Origin: an uncultured Anaerolineales bacterium
GTDB lineage: Bacteria; Chloroflexota; Anaerolineae; B4-G1
Length of the DNA stretch: 44,896 nucleotides
Assembly: GCA_964412395.1 (NCBI GenBank)
Contig: CAYPOY010000002.1
Coordinates: 1 to 44,896, forward strand
Reading direction: 5' to 3'
Shown here: piece by piece, positions 26,650-35,686 of the stretch
How positions within the stretch are numbered: position 1 is the stretch's first letter
Layout of the letters: every line of letters starts with the position of its first letter
The notes under the pieces: model-generated
What the model was told of the DNA's origin: nothing
Database searches by the model: none
The model's input: the letters and a program-made list of their open reading frames with translations, nothing else
Position numbers and translations under genes: made by a program

Positions 26650-28010
26650 GGTAGACTCCTTTCCCTGCCCTGCGGCATGCGGGCCAGGGCGATCAGGGTA
26701 TGCGGAACGCCTTCCAGGTAGACCGGCCGGCGAAGTTGACCTGCACCACTGCTCTGTTCTTCGCGGATATCTGTCTCGACTGCGACAGACCAGGGGAAGT
26801 CGCGGGCTGGCAACTCGCGCACAATCTGTTCCAGAAAATAGTCAAAGCAGAGAGAACTCAGCCGCAACTGACGGCACACCTCATCACGCACATCCAACAG
26901 CGAAACATATAGAGTGCCGATGTGTGTCGCATAGTGCCGATGCACTGAAATTAATGTGCTCAGAAACGAATCTCGAACGGCTGTCCACGCCGGCCGGTGT
27001 AACCAGAGTGGGTCACCGCCGGGATGTTGAATCCCATTTAGCCTCTCAAATCGTTCCGTCGGAGCCGAAGGGCGAAAGGCGCTGGTGGGGAACAGCAAGC
27101 GACCAGCCACCTGGGGATGCCAGTCAGTATAGAAGATCAGTTCCAGTGCTTCCAGCCGGGGACACCACCCCATAAAAGTGCGCAGGTAGATGGGCGGGCG
27201 GCTCCCTGAGAAGTCCGGCTGGCTGGAGCCATAGGGCACTCTGTCAAACAGCAATCCCACGCTGGCCTCGCGCATAGCCAGTGTCAGACGTGTCCGGGGA
27301 CTGTATGAGGCGGGGCTCTGTTTACGGCGGCTACGGGGCTTGAGGGCGCTCAACCGCTCCCAGGCTCGCTGCACGGCAGATAGCCAGTCTTCGTCGCAGA
27401 TGGGAAAGGCATTAAGGCTGGCATCTCTCGCCCGTTGCGCTGCCGCCAGCGTTTGTTCGCGCAATGCATCGTCCCAGTGGTTGTTATCCCAACTTCGCGA
27501 CGATGGTCGCCAGTCAGCAAGAGGTGCAGGCAGAATGATCTCTCCTTGTCCCTCTGGGTTGATCTGCCATAGGCGGGCAATGAACCAACCGGGGATGACG
27601 TAAACTTGCTGCATCTTAGCAGTCAACAAGCGACGAAAGGCACGGGCATCCTGGCGCGAGAAGGTCAGCGCCCGTTGGCCGTCGGGTGTGATCACGTGCG
27701 GGGCAGTACTTAGCCCTTCTGTGGTTCCCCGGCGCGGCTGTAGCCAGTCAAAGTAACGCAGTTCGCGCATCAGCCGCTCCACGGTACGCGGACTTTGGCG
27801 CAGCACCAGACGCATCTTTTGCAGGCGCTGTCCTAACTCACGTTGGAGCAAGGATACGGTCACCGCCCCGTGTTCTATAGCCAAAGCCAGGGCCTCAGCG
27901 TACAGAGTTAAGTCAGTGAACAGGCCAACTTCACGGCTGCGCGGAGCAGGCCACTCTACAACCATCTGGTTACCCCTTGAGGTTGGCGAAAGGCGGGAAT
28001 CTTTACTCAT
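26646..28010 (-). CDS. Hypothetical protein, possibly with winged-helix domains
   Basis: 454-aa ORF coupled to both neighbours (ATGAGTAA overlap). wHTH-like segments 'RTVERLMRELRYFDWL…HVITPDG' and 'YVSLLDVRDEVCRQLRLS…FD'. Confidence 0.7.
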   Translation of the reverse strand: MSKDSRLSPTSRGNQMVVEWPAPRSREVGLFTDLTLYAEALALAIEHGAVTVSLLQRELGQRLQKMRLVLRQSPRTVERLMRELRYFDWLQPRRGTTEGLSTAPHVITPDGQRALTFSRQDARAFRRLLTAKMQQVYVIPGWFIARLWQINPEGQGEIILPAPLADWRPSSRSWDNNHWDDALREQTLAAAQRARDASLNAFPICDEDWLSAVQRAWERLSALKPRSRRKQSPASYSPRTRLTLAMREASVGLLFDRVPYGSSQPDFSGSRPPIYLRTFMGWCPRLEALELIFYTDWHPQVAGRLLFPTSAFRPSAPTERFERLNGIQHPGGDPLWLHRPAWTAVRDSFLSTLISVHRHYATHIGTLYVSLLDVRDEVCRQLRLSSLCFDYFLEQIVRELPARDFPWSVAVETDIREEQSSGAGQLRRPVYLEGVPHTLIALARMPQGRERSLP

Positions 28011-28899
28011 CGCTCAACAAAATCCGTAGCGCCTTTTGCGCCTGGGACGCGCTCGCTCCAGCGGTGCATTTGCTGAACCAGTAGTACGCCTCCTCGGACG
28101 GCATGGCCCGCAATGCGCCGGAGATAGCCTCAATTCGGTCCATTCGGCTCAGCGGCTTGACCGCCAGGAAGAGAAGCCCTAAGCGCAGGCCGGTCTCCTC
28201 GTCCAGTCGGAAGGGCTTTTTCCGCTCCCGTGAGAGGTCCGTGGCCCTGTAGCCCGCCTTGCGCAGCGCTTCCAGCACGTGGTCGGCCACAGCCCGTAGC
28301 GGGTCGCCGGCGAGCGACACCAACTGCAGGGGCTTTGTTGGGGGAGCATTAGACTCCCGCCCGGCGTTGGCGGCCACTGGCCACTGGTAGAGCGCCAGGC
28401 CGTAGTCGCCGCCACCGTGGGGCGCCACACGCAGTTCGAAGGGCTTTTCGGGGTCGTAGACCGGTGCATCCGGCCGCACGGTGTAGGTTACCCTGGGCGG
28501 CGGTAGTGCTTCCCCCGCTATCACCTCATCGGGCACGTTGAACAGGCTCATACGGCCGCGTATGGAGATCGGCTGGGGCAACCGTTGGGGGTGCTCCAGC
28601 CGCCAACCAAACATCGGGCCGGGAAAGTCGCGCTGGGACAGGTGCTGATCGCGCAGAGTCTCCCACATCGAGTCGTCCAGCGCCAAAACGTCTACCAGTT
28701 CCACCGTGCCGACCAGCGCGCCGCGTACCACTCTTGCCGGATCCAGACCATAAGCCAGACATGCCTCTTCCCGCACCGTCTGACTGGCGTGGATGGCAAT
28801 GCGGCCGCGGTGATTCGTCTTCCAGGTGCGCAACTCGATGGTCTTGCGCCCCCGGAGGATGAGTTCAGCCCAGGGTTGGCGGATGCTGAGTGCTTTCAC
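28003..28899 (-). CDS. ASCH domain fused to the small helical accessory domain typical of DUF499/DUF1156 operons
   Basis: ASCH signature 'MKALSIRQPWAELILRGRKTIELRTW…RGRIAIHAS…GALVGTVEL…WRLEHP…RG'. C-terminal domain 'LDEETGLRLGLLFLAVKP…EEAYYWFSK'. Confidence 0.8.
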   Translation of the reverse strand: MKALSIRQPWAELILRGRKTIELRTWKTNHRGRIAIHASQTVREEACLAYGLDPARVVRGALVGTVELVDVLALDDSMWETLRDQHLSQRDFPGPMFGWRLEHPQRLPQPISIRGRMSLFNVPDEVIAGEALPPPRVTYTVRPDAPVYDPEKPFELRVAPHGGGDYGLALYQWPVAANAGRESNAPPTKPLQLVSLAGDPLRAVADHVLEALRKAGYRATDLSRERKKPFRLDEETGLRLGLLFLAVKPLSRMDRIEAISGALRAMPSEEAYYWFSKCTAGASASQAQKALRILLSDE

Positions 28900-31800
28900 G
28901 ATTCCTGTGCCTCAAACGGTTCGGCGTCCACCACCATGCGCCCAAAGCCCAGCGTGGTGAACACCTCGTGGATGGTCTGGAACTGGTCCGAGCCCACGGC
29001 CAGCCCGTCGGGGAAATCGGCCCGCAGCGTGGTCCTGACCAGCAGTTTGCTGGCCTCCTGGCCGAAGGGGTCTGTGACCTGCTTCAACCGTTTGTAGCGG
29101 TCCCAGCCACCGGTGAAGGTCACGCTCACAGACTCTTCCTCGCCAAACTCGGCGTTGAAGGATTGCTCGACGTGAAACCGGCCCTTGCCTAGTTGCGGGA
29201 TGGCCAGCCCCATAGCGCGGGCCTCGGTTGCGCCTTCCCTCCCCTGGCCCTCAATGCGGGCGAACAGCTGGCGCAGGCTGCTCACCCCCTGGTCGGCGCA
29301 TTGGTCGAGCAATCTCTGAAAGGCTTGGGCCGGCGCGCCCTCCGCGTGCAGTCGAATTGGTGGCGTGATGTCGGGGGCCTCCCGGCCGCAGATGCACTGG
29401 CTGATGGGGCGCTGGCAGACGGGGCAGATGCGTTCACGGCCTTCCTCTCTTTCGGCCTCCTCACCTTTGATCTTCAAACCGACCCGTCTGGCCTCCTCAG
29501 GTGTGTACAAGAAGGCTTCCTCGCTGATCTGGACGGCCGGCACTGGTGAGGATGCACCGTAGCCCACCTCTCCGACGCTGTCATAGTAGACCCATACGCC
29601 CTGGGAGATGCCGTTGCGGATGGTCTTCTTCAGTTGATTCAGGTCCAGCAGAATGCGCAGCCCTAAGCGGCGGGCGAAGGCGCGGCGCAGGTCCTCGGTG
29701 GAGATAGTCACCTGACCCGTGTCCCAGGCTTTGGCCCTGACGAAGGCGGCCGGCAGGGTTGGGTCGTCGGCCGTCAGAACCTTCTGCAACTGCTTCAACA
29801 CCCGCAGCACCACGTTGGTCTGGTCCTGGTTCACCTCGCCCTGGTCCTGAGGCGGCAGGGTCTCCCGGACCAGGTTGCTGTACCGCTGCGGGGCGTCGGC
29901 GCTGGGGTAGTAGAGATACTTGTAGGCTTTGGTGATGGCAACCCGCACGTCCAACTCGGCTGCCTCGGCCATCTTCTTCAGCCGCTTGCGCTGCTCCTGG
30001 TGAAACTCGCGCAACCGCTCGGCGTCCCCAACGATGCGGCCAATGGCCAGGTAGCGCTGGGCCACCCGTACCACGTTTTCCACCTGGTCCTCGTCCGCCA
30101 CCAGGAAGAGCACGTTGTTCTTGTAGGTGCGGTAGCCCTCCAGCGATCCGGCGTGGTCGAAGATGCGCTGCACCAGGTCGGGCGGGGCAGCGGCGCCGGC
30201 CGTGCTCGTCGCTGCGTCGTAGTGCACGATGGCCAGTTTTGGTTTCTCGGCGTCGTCATCCACGTCGCCCGCCTCGCTGGGAAAGTAGACCGGCTTCAGG
30301 TAACCCGTCTTCCACACCTGGCGGATGCGGCGGTCCAGTTCCGCCTTGGCCTTCACCCGACCGACCATCCCCATCTCGTCGGCGATGATTTTGTTCAGCG
30401 AAGGCTCGGTTTTGAAGCGGTAGCGACGGCTGTCCCAGTCGAGGAACCAGCCGCTCTCCACCAGCCGCTCGGCAGCCTTGGTCACCATGGCCGGGTCGTC
30501 GTCCGGTGTCAGCACGGCCAGGGATAGGTCGGCTGGATCCACCCCCGTGGCTATCCCCTGGGTCAGGCTATGGAGGAAGGCGGTCGTGGCCACGCGGCGG
30601 GCGTAAGGGGGCTTCCCCGCCTCGAGCCACGGGGTGTCAATGACCTGCGCGTGAGCCTGGGAGCCGGCGAGTGGGCTGACGATGTCGGCCTCAATGACCT
30701 GCTTGAAGGCCGGGCGGTCCAGACGGCTGGTCAGGTCGCTGGCGATGCCCTCCACCCCCAGGTCGAGGTGAAACGGGTGGATCAGGTAGGTATCAGGAGG
30801 GCGGGTCTCCCACAGGCGGCGGACGACCATCGCCAGAAGGCGCAACGCGCCCCGCGTCTTCTGGAAGTTGGGGATGGTTGAGGTCTTGCGGTTCAGCGTG
30901 GTTAGCAACTCGGGATGGAAGGGGTAGTCCCCGACCATCTCCTCGGCGTACTCAGCACGCAACGCCCGCTGGGGCAGGTTGGCCCCTTGATCAATGACGC
31001 GCCGGTAGTAGTCCGCATAAGCCTTGACGGTCTTGCGGGCTCTGTCTCGATGAGTCGTCTTGAACAGGCGATGTGTCACAATGGCCGCGATCTCCGCCTC
31101 GCCCGTCGGTGTGATGACCCGCTCCTGGCGCGCCGATAATCGCCTGGCCTCGGCCAGTTCCTGGCGCAGTTCCTCCGTCTCCTTGCCGAAGGCGTCGCGG
31201 GAGTCGGCCAGTGTCAGCACCACCACCGTCCGCTCCTTGCTGGCGGCGAATTCGAACAGCGACATGAGGAAGGCCACCGTCTGCTCGGCCAGGTCGGATT
31301 TCCCGGTTGCGGTCGGCACGGTCTTGGCGGCGCGGAGGTGGCGGGCCACCTCGTCCAGCATGATGAGCGTCGGGTCATCTCCGACCAGTTTCTCCAGCAA
31401 GCCAGTGCCCGGCGCGGAGCGGTCATGGTCGCTGCCCGCGGTGTGGGCGTACCCCGCAGCGCCGCCCAGTTGATACGCCAGTTCGCCCCACAGGGTATAG
31501 GTGGTCACATCTCCGTGGTCGAGGCCGTCGCGGGGCTGCAGGTCTGAGCCGACGATGCCGACCACGCGCACCGCGCCACTGGCCGGGATCAGCGGAGCAT
31601 CAACAAAGGATGGCCCGGGCACATACCCCTTGGCCGCGTGGTAGAGAGCGATCAGGTTGTGGGTCTTGCCACCTCCGAAGGCCGTCTCCAGGCGAATGAT
31701 GGCGTTATTGGCTGGCTTCGCGCCCGTCAGCCGGCCCAGCGCCTCGTCGAGCAGGAGTTTCAGCCCTTCGGTGGGGTAAGTATTGTCACAGAACGTGGCG

Positions 31801-31928
31801 GGGTCCTGGTAGACGGGATCAGCCTTGCCCTCTATGACATCTCTCAGGCGGGCGGCGAAGATTTCTTCCCGCAGTTCGCCCTTCAGGACTTCGGATCGCG
31901 GTTCACAACTGTCGAAGATTGTCTTCAC
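28896..31928 (-). CDS. DUF499-family AAA+ ATPase
   Basis: 'NTYPTEGL', Walker A 'LETAFGGGKTHNLIALYH', Walker B 'LIMLDEV', 'YPFHPEL' and 'FQKTRGALRLL'. Small Cys cluster CPVC…CIC near the C-terminus. RBS AGGAG. Confidence 0.9.
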   Translation of the reverse strand: MKTIFDSCEPRSEVLKGELREEIFAARLRDVIEGKADPVYQDPATFCDNTYPTEGLKLLLDEALGRLTGAKPANNAIIRLETAFGGGKTHNLIALYHAAKGYVPGPSFVDAPLIPASGAVRVVGIVGSDLQPRDGLDHGDVTTYTLWGELAYQLGGAAGYAHTAGSDHDRSAPGTGLLEKLVGDDPTLIMLDEVARHLRAAKTVPTATGKSDLAEQTVAFLMSLFEFAASKERTVVVLTLADSRDAFGKETEELRQELAEARRLSARQERVITPTGEAEIAAIVTHRLFKTTHRDRARKTVKAYADYYRRVIDQGANLPQRALRAEYAEEMVGDYPFHPELLTTLNRKTSTIPNFQKTRGALRLLAMVVRRLWETRPPDTYLIHPFHLDLGVEGIASDLTSRLDRPAFKQVIEADIVSPLAGSQAHAQVIDTPWLEAGKPPYARRVATTAFLHSLTQGIATGVDPADLSLAVLTPDDDPAMVTKAAERLVESGWFLDWDSRRYRFKTEPSLNKIIADEMGMVGRVKAKAELDRRIRQVWKTGYLKPVYFPSEAGDVDDDAEKPKLAIVHYDAATSTAGAAAPPDLVQRIFDHAGSLEGYRTYKNNVLFLVADEDQVENVVRVAQRYLAIGRIVGDAERLREFHQEQRKRLKKMAEAAELDVRVAITKAYKYLYYPSADAPQRYSNLVRETLPPQDQGEVNQDQTNVVLRVLKQLQKVLTADDPTLPAAFVRAKAWDTGQVTISTEDLRRAFARRLGLRILLDLNQLKKTIRNGISQGVWVYYDSVGEVGYGASSPVPAVQISEEAFLYTPEEARRVGLKIKGEEAEREEGRERICPVCQRPISQCICGREAPDITPPIRLHAEGAPAQAFQRLLDQCADQGVSSLRQLFARIEGQGREGATEARAMGLAIPQLGKGRFHVEQSFNAEFGEEESVSVTFTGGWDRYKRLKQVTDPFGQEASKLLVRTTLRADFPDGLAVGSDQFQTIHEVFTTLGFGRMVVDAEPFEAQES

Positions 31929-31993
31929 GGGGATCTCCTCCTAACCGCACAGATCGCAACCTTTCGAGGTGTTCTTGGGCCTCTACCGCGGTA

Positions 31994-32022
31994 AGTATAG
32001 TTCAACCCTGGGCATAAGTCAA
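31994..32022 (-). promoter_or_regulatory. Sigma70-type promoter for the DUF499 operon (TTGACT-N17-TATACT)
   Basis: On the minus strand, -35 TTGACT is at 32022-32017 and -10 TATACT at 31999-31994, with an exact 17-nt spacer, ~65 bp upstream of the DUF499 start. Confidence 0.75.
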
Positions 32023-32059
32023 CAGCCGGTGGACGTCAGGGGTTCGTAGGGCGGCCGCG

Positions 32060-32425
32060 ATGAAGCCCGCCACCGTCAACCGCGAACTGGCGTCTCTTTC
32101 GGTCCTCTACCGCCGGGCGGGGGAGATGGGGCAGGTGGAGCGCGATCCCACCCGGTACGGTCAACGGGGTGAAGCAGCAGCCCACGGCGCCGAAGGCCCT
32201 GAGCAAGCAGGCCCTGAACCGCATTCTGCGGGAGGCGCGCAAGTGGAGCCGAAGGGATACCGCACTTCTGGAGTTCCTGGCTGCGACCGGGCTGCGGGCC
32301 TCAGAGGTGGCCAGTCTGATAATAGGTGACCTGACTTCCTGGGCCACAGCCGGTTGGATACGACGGTGCGGTACAGCCGGCCGAGCGAGGAGGATCTGGC
32401 GCAGGCGGCGGAGCGGATGGGGTAG
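32060..32425 (+). pseudogene. Tyrosine recombinase (XerC/D-like) remnant in three fragments
   Basis: 'KPATVNRELASL…DP' then a frameshift to 'PKALS…RRDTALLEFLAATGLRASEVASL…GDL'. An unlisted fragment at 32333-32425 reads 'DFLGHSRLDTTVRYSRPSEEDL…*'. The central HxxR region is missing. Confidence 0.85.
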
Positions 32426-32556
32426 CAGAGAGAAGATGCAATTCACTTCCGAACTAGCCACATCGGCACTCCAGCACATCATCGGAGCGGAGTCGCCCGT
32501 GAATGTTCACGGGCAACTCCAATGCAAGTAGTAACTGTCGGTGTCCCATCCTCTCT

Positions 32557-33378
32557 TTACAGGTAATGCTCTACGCGCTCTTTGTTCCGCCCATTGTCGC
32601 CGTGAATCGGGGCCGGAACCACTGTTGCTAGCCCCCCATGCTGAGTTACCCTTTCCCTCCGACGTGTCTGGGGAACCTGAGCCTGCTGGACTTCTTTGTC
32701 AGATGTCCGCTGGCCCTGCCGCATCAGGGCTACCAGAACTAGCACTGAAGGTACGGCCAGCAGGCAGGCCACAACCAGAGCCGCCACCGACCAACGCCGG
32801 AAACCCTGTGCTTTCTGCTCCTGTTTCGCCAGGTCTACCTCCCACTTCCGCAGGCGGGCCTGCTCTTCGTCGAGATGCGCACGCTCAGTCTGCAGATTCT
32901 CTTGCTCCTGGGCCAGGCGGGCCTGCTCCGCCTGGATGGCAGCCAATCGTTCGGCGATGTCGTTCTCTTTCTCGTTTAGCAGATTGGCTTGCTCGATCAG
33001 GCGTTCCTTCCACGCCTGTAGGGAAGCCGCTTTCTCTTCCAGTTCAGCCTCGCGCCCGTCGAGTGCATCTTGACGCCGGTTCAGTTCGACCTTGCGCTCC
33101 TCAAGTTCGGCCTGATCCTGACCCAGTTCGGCCTCGCGTTCGTCGAGTTCGACCTGACGCTGATCCAGTCCCTCCTGCAAGACAGGAAGGTCTTGGGGGG
33201 GATCGGATCCTTCCCCACCTGCCCCCTGTCCTAGGTCGGACCCCTCAACCTGCGCCAGCTCATCGTCTGGCTCATTGGTCGCCGAGGGGAGGATCTGCGG
33301 ACGGAAGACAGCGATAGCGAGGATACCGCCCAGGAGCACCAGCACAACTGTCAACTTCGTCAGATCTTGCGCTACCAT
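32557..33378 (-). CDS. Coiled-coil membrane protein (TM - long heptad coiled coil - TM)
   Basis: RBS AAGGAGGTG and two hydrophobic helices flanking ~130 aa of 'LDEREAEL/LEERKVEL/LDGREAEL' heptads. Confidence 0.75.
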   Translation of the reverse strand: MVAQDLTKLTVVLVLLGGILAIAVFRPQILPSATNEPDDELAQVEGSDLGQGAGGEGSDPPQDLPVLQEGLDQRQVELDEREAELGQDQAELEERKVELNRRQDALDGREAELEEKAASLQAWKERLIEQANLLNEKENDIAERLAAIQAEQARLAQEQENLQTERAHLDEEQARLRKWEVDLAKQEQKAQGFRRWSVAALVVACLLAVPSVLVLVALMRQGQRTSDKEVQQAQVPQTRRRERVTQHGGLATVVPAPIHGDNGRNKERVEHYL

Positions 33379-33666
33379 CTTGCCACCTCCTTTCGCGCCG
33401 GGAGATATGGGCTACGATGCCACTGCGGTGCCCGGTTCACTCCTATTATAAGGGAATAGCACTTAGATGGCGCTGGCGATTGTTCGTCAGTTTGAGGTCA
33501 GAGAGGCGATCTACGGGGGGTAAGAACTTACAAGTGGCCTATGATTTGCTGACGCAGAGTGAGGCGAATCGGCAACTCGGATGACGCGCCAGAGTGGGGA
33601 TATGTCAGTTTATGACTGTCTGGTGACGAAAGCCGCTCTGTACTGGAGGGGCAAGGGGGAGCCGAG

Positions 33667-35679
33667 TTACGTTCTGTCATCCGACAGAATCTCGCGAAGA
33701 ACCAACTTGTATCCAATCCCGCGGACCGTGCGAATGTACTTCGGATGGCTCGGGTTGGGCTCAGTGTCTTCCCTCAGTCGGCGGATGGCCGAGTTGATCG
33801 TGTCCTTCTCCATGCGCTTTCTCTGTGTAGGGTGAAGGTCCGAGAGATCCAGATCGAACACGTGCTTTGCGATGGCCGATCGTTCGCAGAGTCGATTGGC
33901 GTGGTCATACAGGTACTTGATGAGGCGGAACCCTTGCGGTGTCAGAGTAACCCGTCGCCCTTCAATCCACACCTCTTGATTGTCTACGTCTATCCACAGG
34001 CTATTAGCCGCCTGCGGAGGCAGATCCTGAAGGCGATCCTCCCAGGCGACCAGCCGCTGGCATATCATGCCCATAGAGAGGAGAACATGGGTGAAGACAA
34101 CTGTCTCCTCATTCAAGTACTTCAATTCAGGTTGATAGCCCAGGAAACGCTCCGTGGCGCAGAACAACAGGCCCACCAAGTACGGTTCCATCTCGGAGCC
34201 GGCGACATCCGCAGCCTGAGACCGGATCTGGCCGATGACTCGCAGGGCCTTCTCCACCTCTGGCCTTACATCTTTTGTATCAATTTCCTCTCCAAGATGA
34301 CACGCAGCCAACAAGCGCCTTTCAAGTTCGTGCCGCTCTGCTACATCGGCCCCCGTCAGCATGTCAAACTTGACCGATGCCTCTAACGAAACGAAATCCC
34401 GGACTAGCGGCCCCAGGCCGGTCCTCCCAAAGTCCACCACCCACGTCTGCCCTGTTCTATCTACCAGAATACTCGCCCCATCCAGGCGTCCGTGGGTGAT
34501 CCCGCACAGCGTCGGCGGGCTGGTGGCAATGCGTTCTTCGGACAGGTAGGGCGCGGGGTTGGGATAGGAGAATTCTGTTCCCTCAGGGGGGCGAAAGGTC
34601 AACTTGTGGGGCGAGCAATCCAGGCCCTTGATCCCGGCTGCCAGGGCTGCCCGACAGATGCCGTTGACACGCTTGTCCAATTCTGGCTGAGTAAGAGCTT
34701 TCTCGTCTGGTCCCAGCCACTCCCGGCAGAAGGTCTCCATCGGCTGCTGTTGCTTTTCCCGTTCCTTCTCGTACCAAGGTCGGAGAGTAACCTGGAACAG
34801 GTCCTCTGCTGCTGCCAGAATTCTGTCGGCAGATTGCTGATGATAGAACTCCGTAAGTGTCATGACCTCCTCGATCGCACACCCGCCCAGGCGATACGTT
34901 GCGGCTCCGAAATGGATGGTCTCGGCGGACTTTGTCAGGCTGACGGCCCTGTCCCCTGCCTTGTATGGAACAAACGACCTGTAGCGTTCCTCTTCTGCCT
35001 GGATTTTGACCCTCTGACCACATGCCAAGATGAATTGCTCCTCAGGCCCTCGGGCCGGGTAGGCGAAGGCAGTGAGGAGGATACACCCCTCACGCCGGGT
35101 GAGGATTCGGCCAAAAGTAACCTGGCTGTATTCGTAGAACAACTTCCGGAGCAGATCCTCCAATTCGCCGGCCCGGTCGGGCAGCCACTCTCCGGGTATA
35201 CCAGGGGAAATCAGGCTCACCAGGTAGGGAGGCATGAGTTCATCTTGCCGTCCCCAGCGCATGCTCAGGTTCCAGTTAATGCGTATGTGTTGGACGAAGG
35301 CCCGCTCCACGGCACGTAGCATCGCCTCCGCTCCCTCCTGTTTGGCCAGGAAGTCCACGGCCGGTGGCAGGCCATCCAGGGCTGGGCCAAGGGCTTCCCG
35401 CACGTACTCATAGCTGGGATACCTGGTAAGAATGATCTTGGGTAGGGGGTGGTAGGCTTCCTTCTTGGCGAGGGACAGCCCGCTGGTGTCCTTGTCGTCG
35501 CTTTCGTCTCTCATGCGAACGTCAACAATCGCGACATGTACCCAAGTATGCTCTAGAAGTTGCTGGGCTTGCTCAAGGGATACAGCTTTGTAGACTTCGT
35601 ACTCTGCTGCATCAAGGTACTCGGCTCGGGTATCAAGGAAGGCCAGATCATTGTCTACTATAAGCACCCTTCTGTTCAT
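33667..35679 (-). CDS. Response regulator: REC + degenerate kinase/phosphotransferase-like (TCAD9-like) domain + OmpR-type winged helix
   Basis: Start at ATG 35679 (MNRRVLIVDND). Phospho-Asp in 'AIVDVRM'. Kinase-like 'GITHGRLDGASILVD…WVVDFGRTG…RDFVSLE'. C-terminal 'LTPQGFRLIKYL…IRRLREDTEPNPSHPKYIRTVRGIGYKL'. Confidence 0.85.
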   Translation of the reverse strand: MNRRVLIVDNDLAFLDTRAEYLDAAEYEVYKAVSLEQAQQLLEHTWVHVAIVDVRMRDESDDKDTSGLSLAKKEAYHPLPKIILTRYPSYEYVREALGPALDGLPPAVDFLAKQEGAEAMLRAVERAFVQHIRINWNLSMRWGRQDELMPPYLVSLISPGIPGEWLPDRAGELEDLLRKLFYEYSQVTFGRILTRREGCILLTAFAYPARGPEEQFILACGQRVKIQAEEERYRSFVPYKAGDRAVSLTKSAETIHFGAATYRLGGCAIEEVMTLTEFYHQQSADRILAAAEDLFQVTLRPWYEKEREKQQQPMETFCREWLGPDEKALTQPELDKRVNGICRAALAAGIKGLDCSPHKLTFRPPEGTEFSYPNPAPYLSEERIATSPPTLCGITHGRLDGASILVDRTGQTWVVDFGRTGLGPLVRDFVSLEASVKFDMLTGADVAERHELERRLLAACHLGEEIDTKDVRPEVEKALRVIGQIRSQAADVAGSEMEPYLVGLLFCATERFLGYQPELKYLNEETVVFTHVLLSMGMICQRLVAWEDRLQDLPPQAANSLWIDVDNQEVWIEGRRVTLTPQGFRLIKYLYDHANRLCERSAIAKHVFDLDLSDLHPTQRKRMEKDTINSAIRRLREDTEPNPSHPKYIRTVRGIGYKLVLREILSDDRT

Positions 35680-35686
35680 AAAGCTA

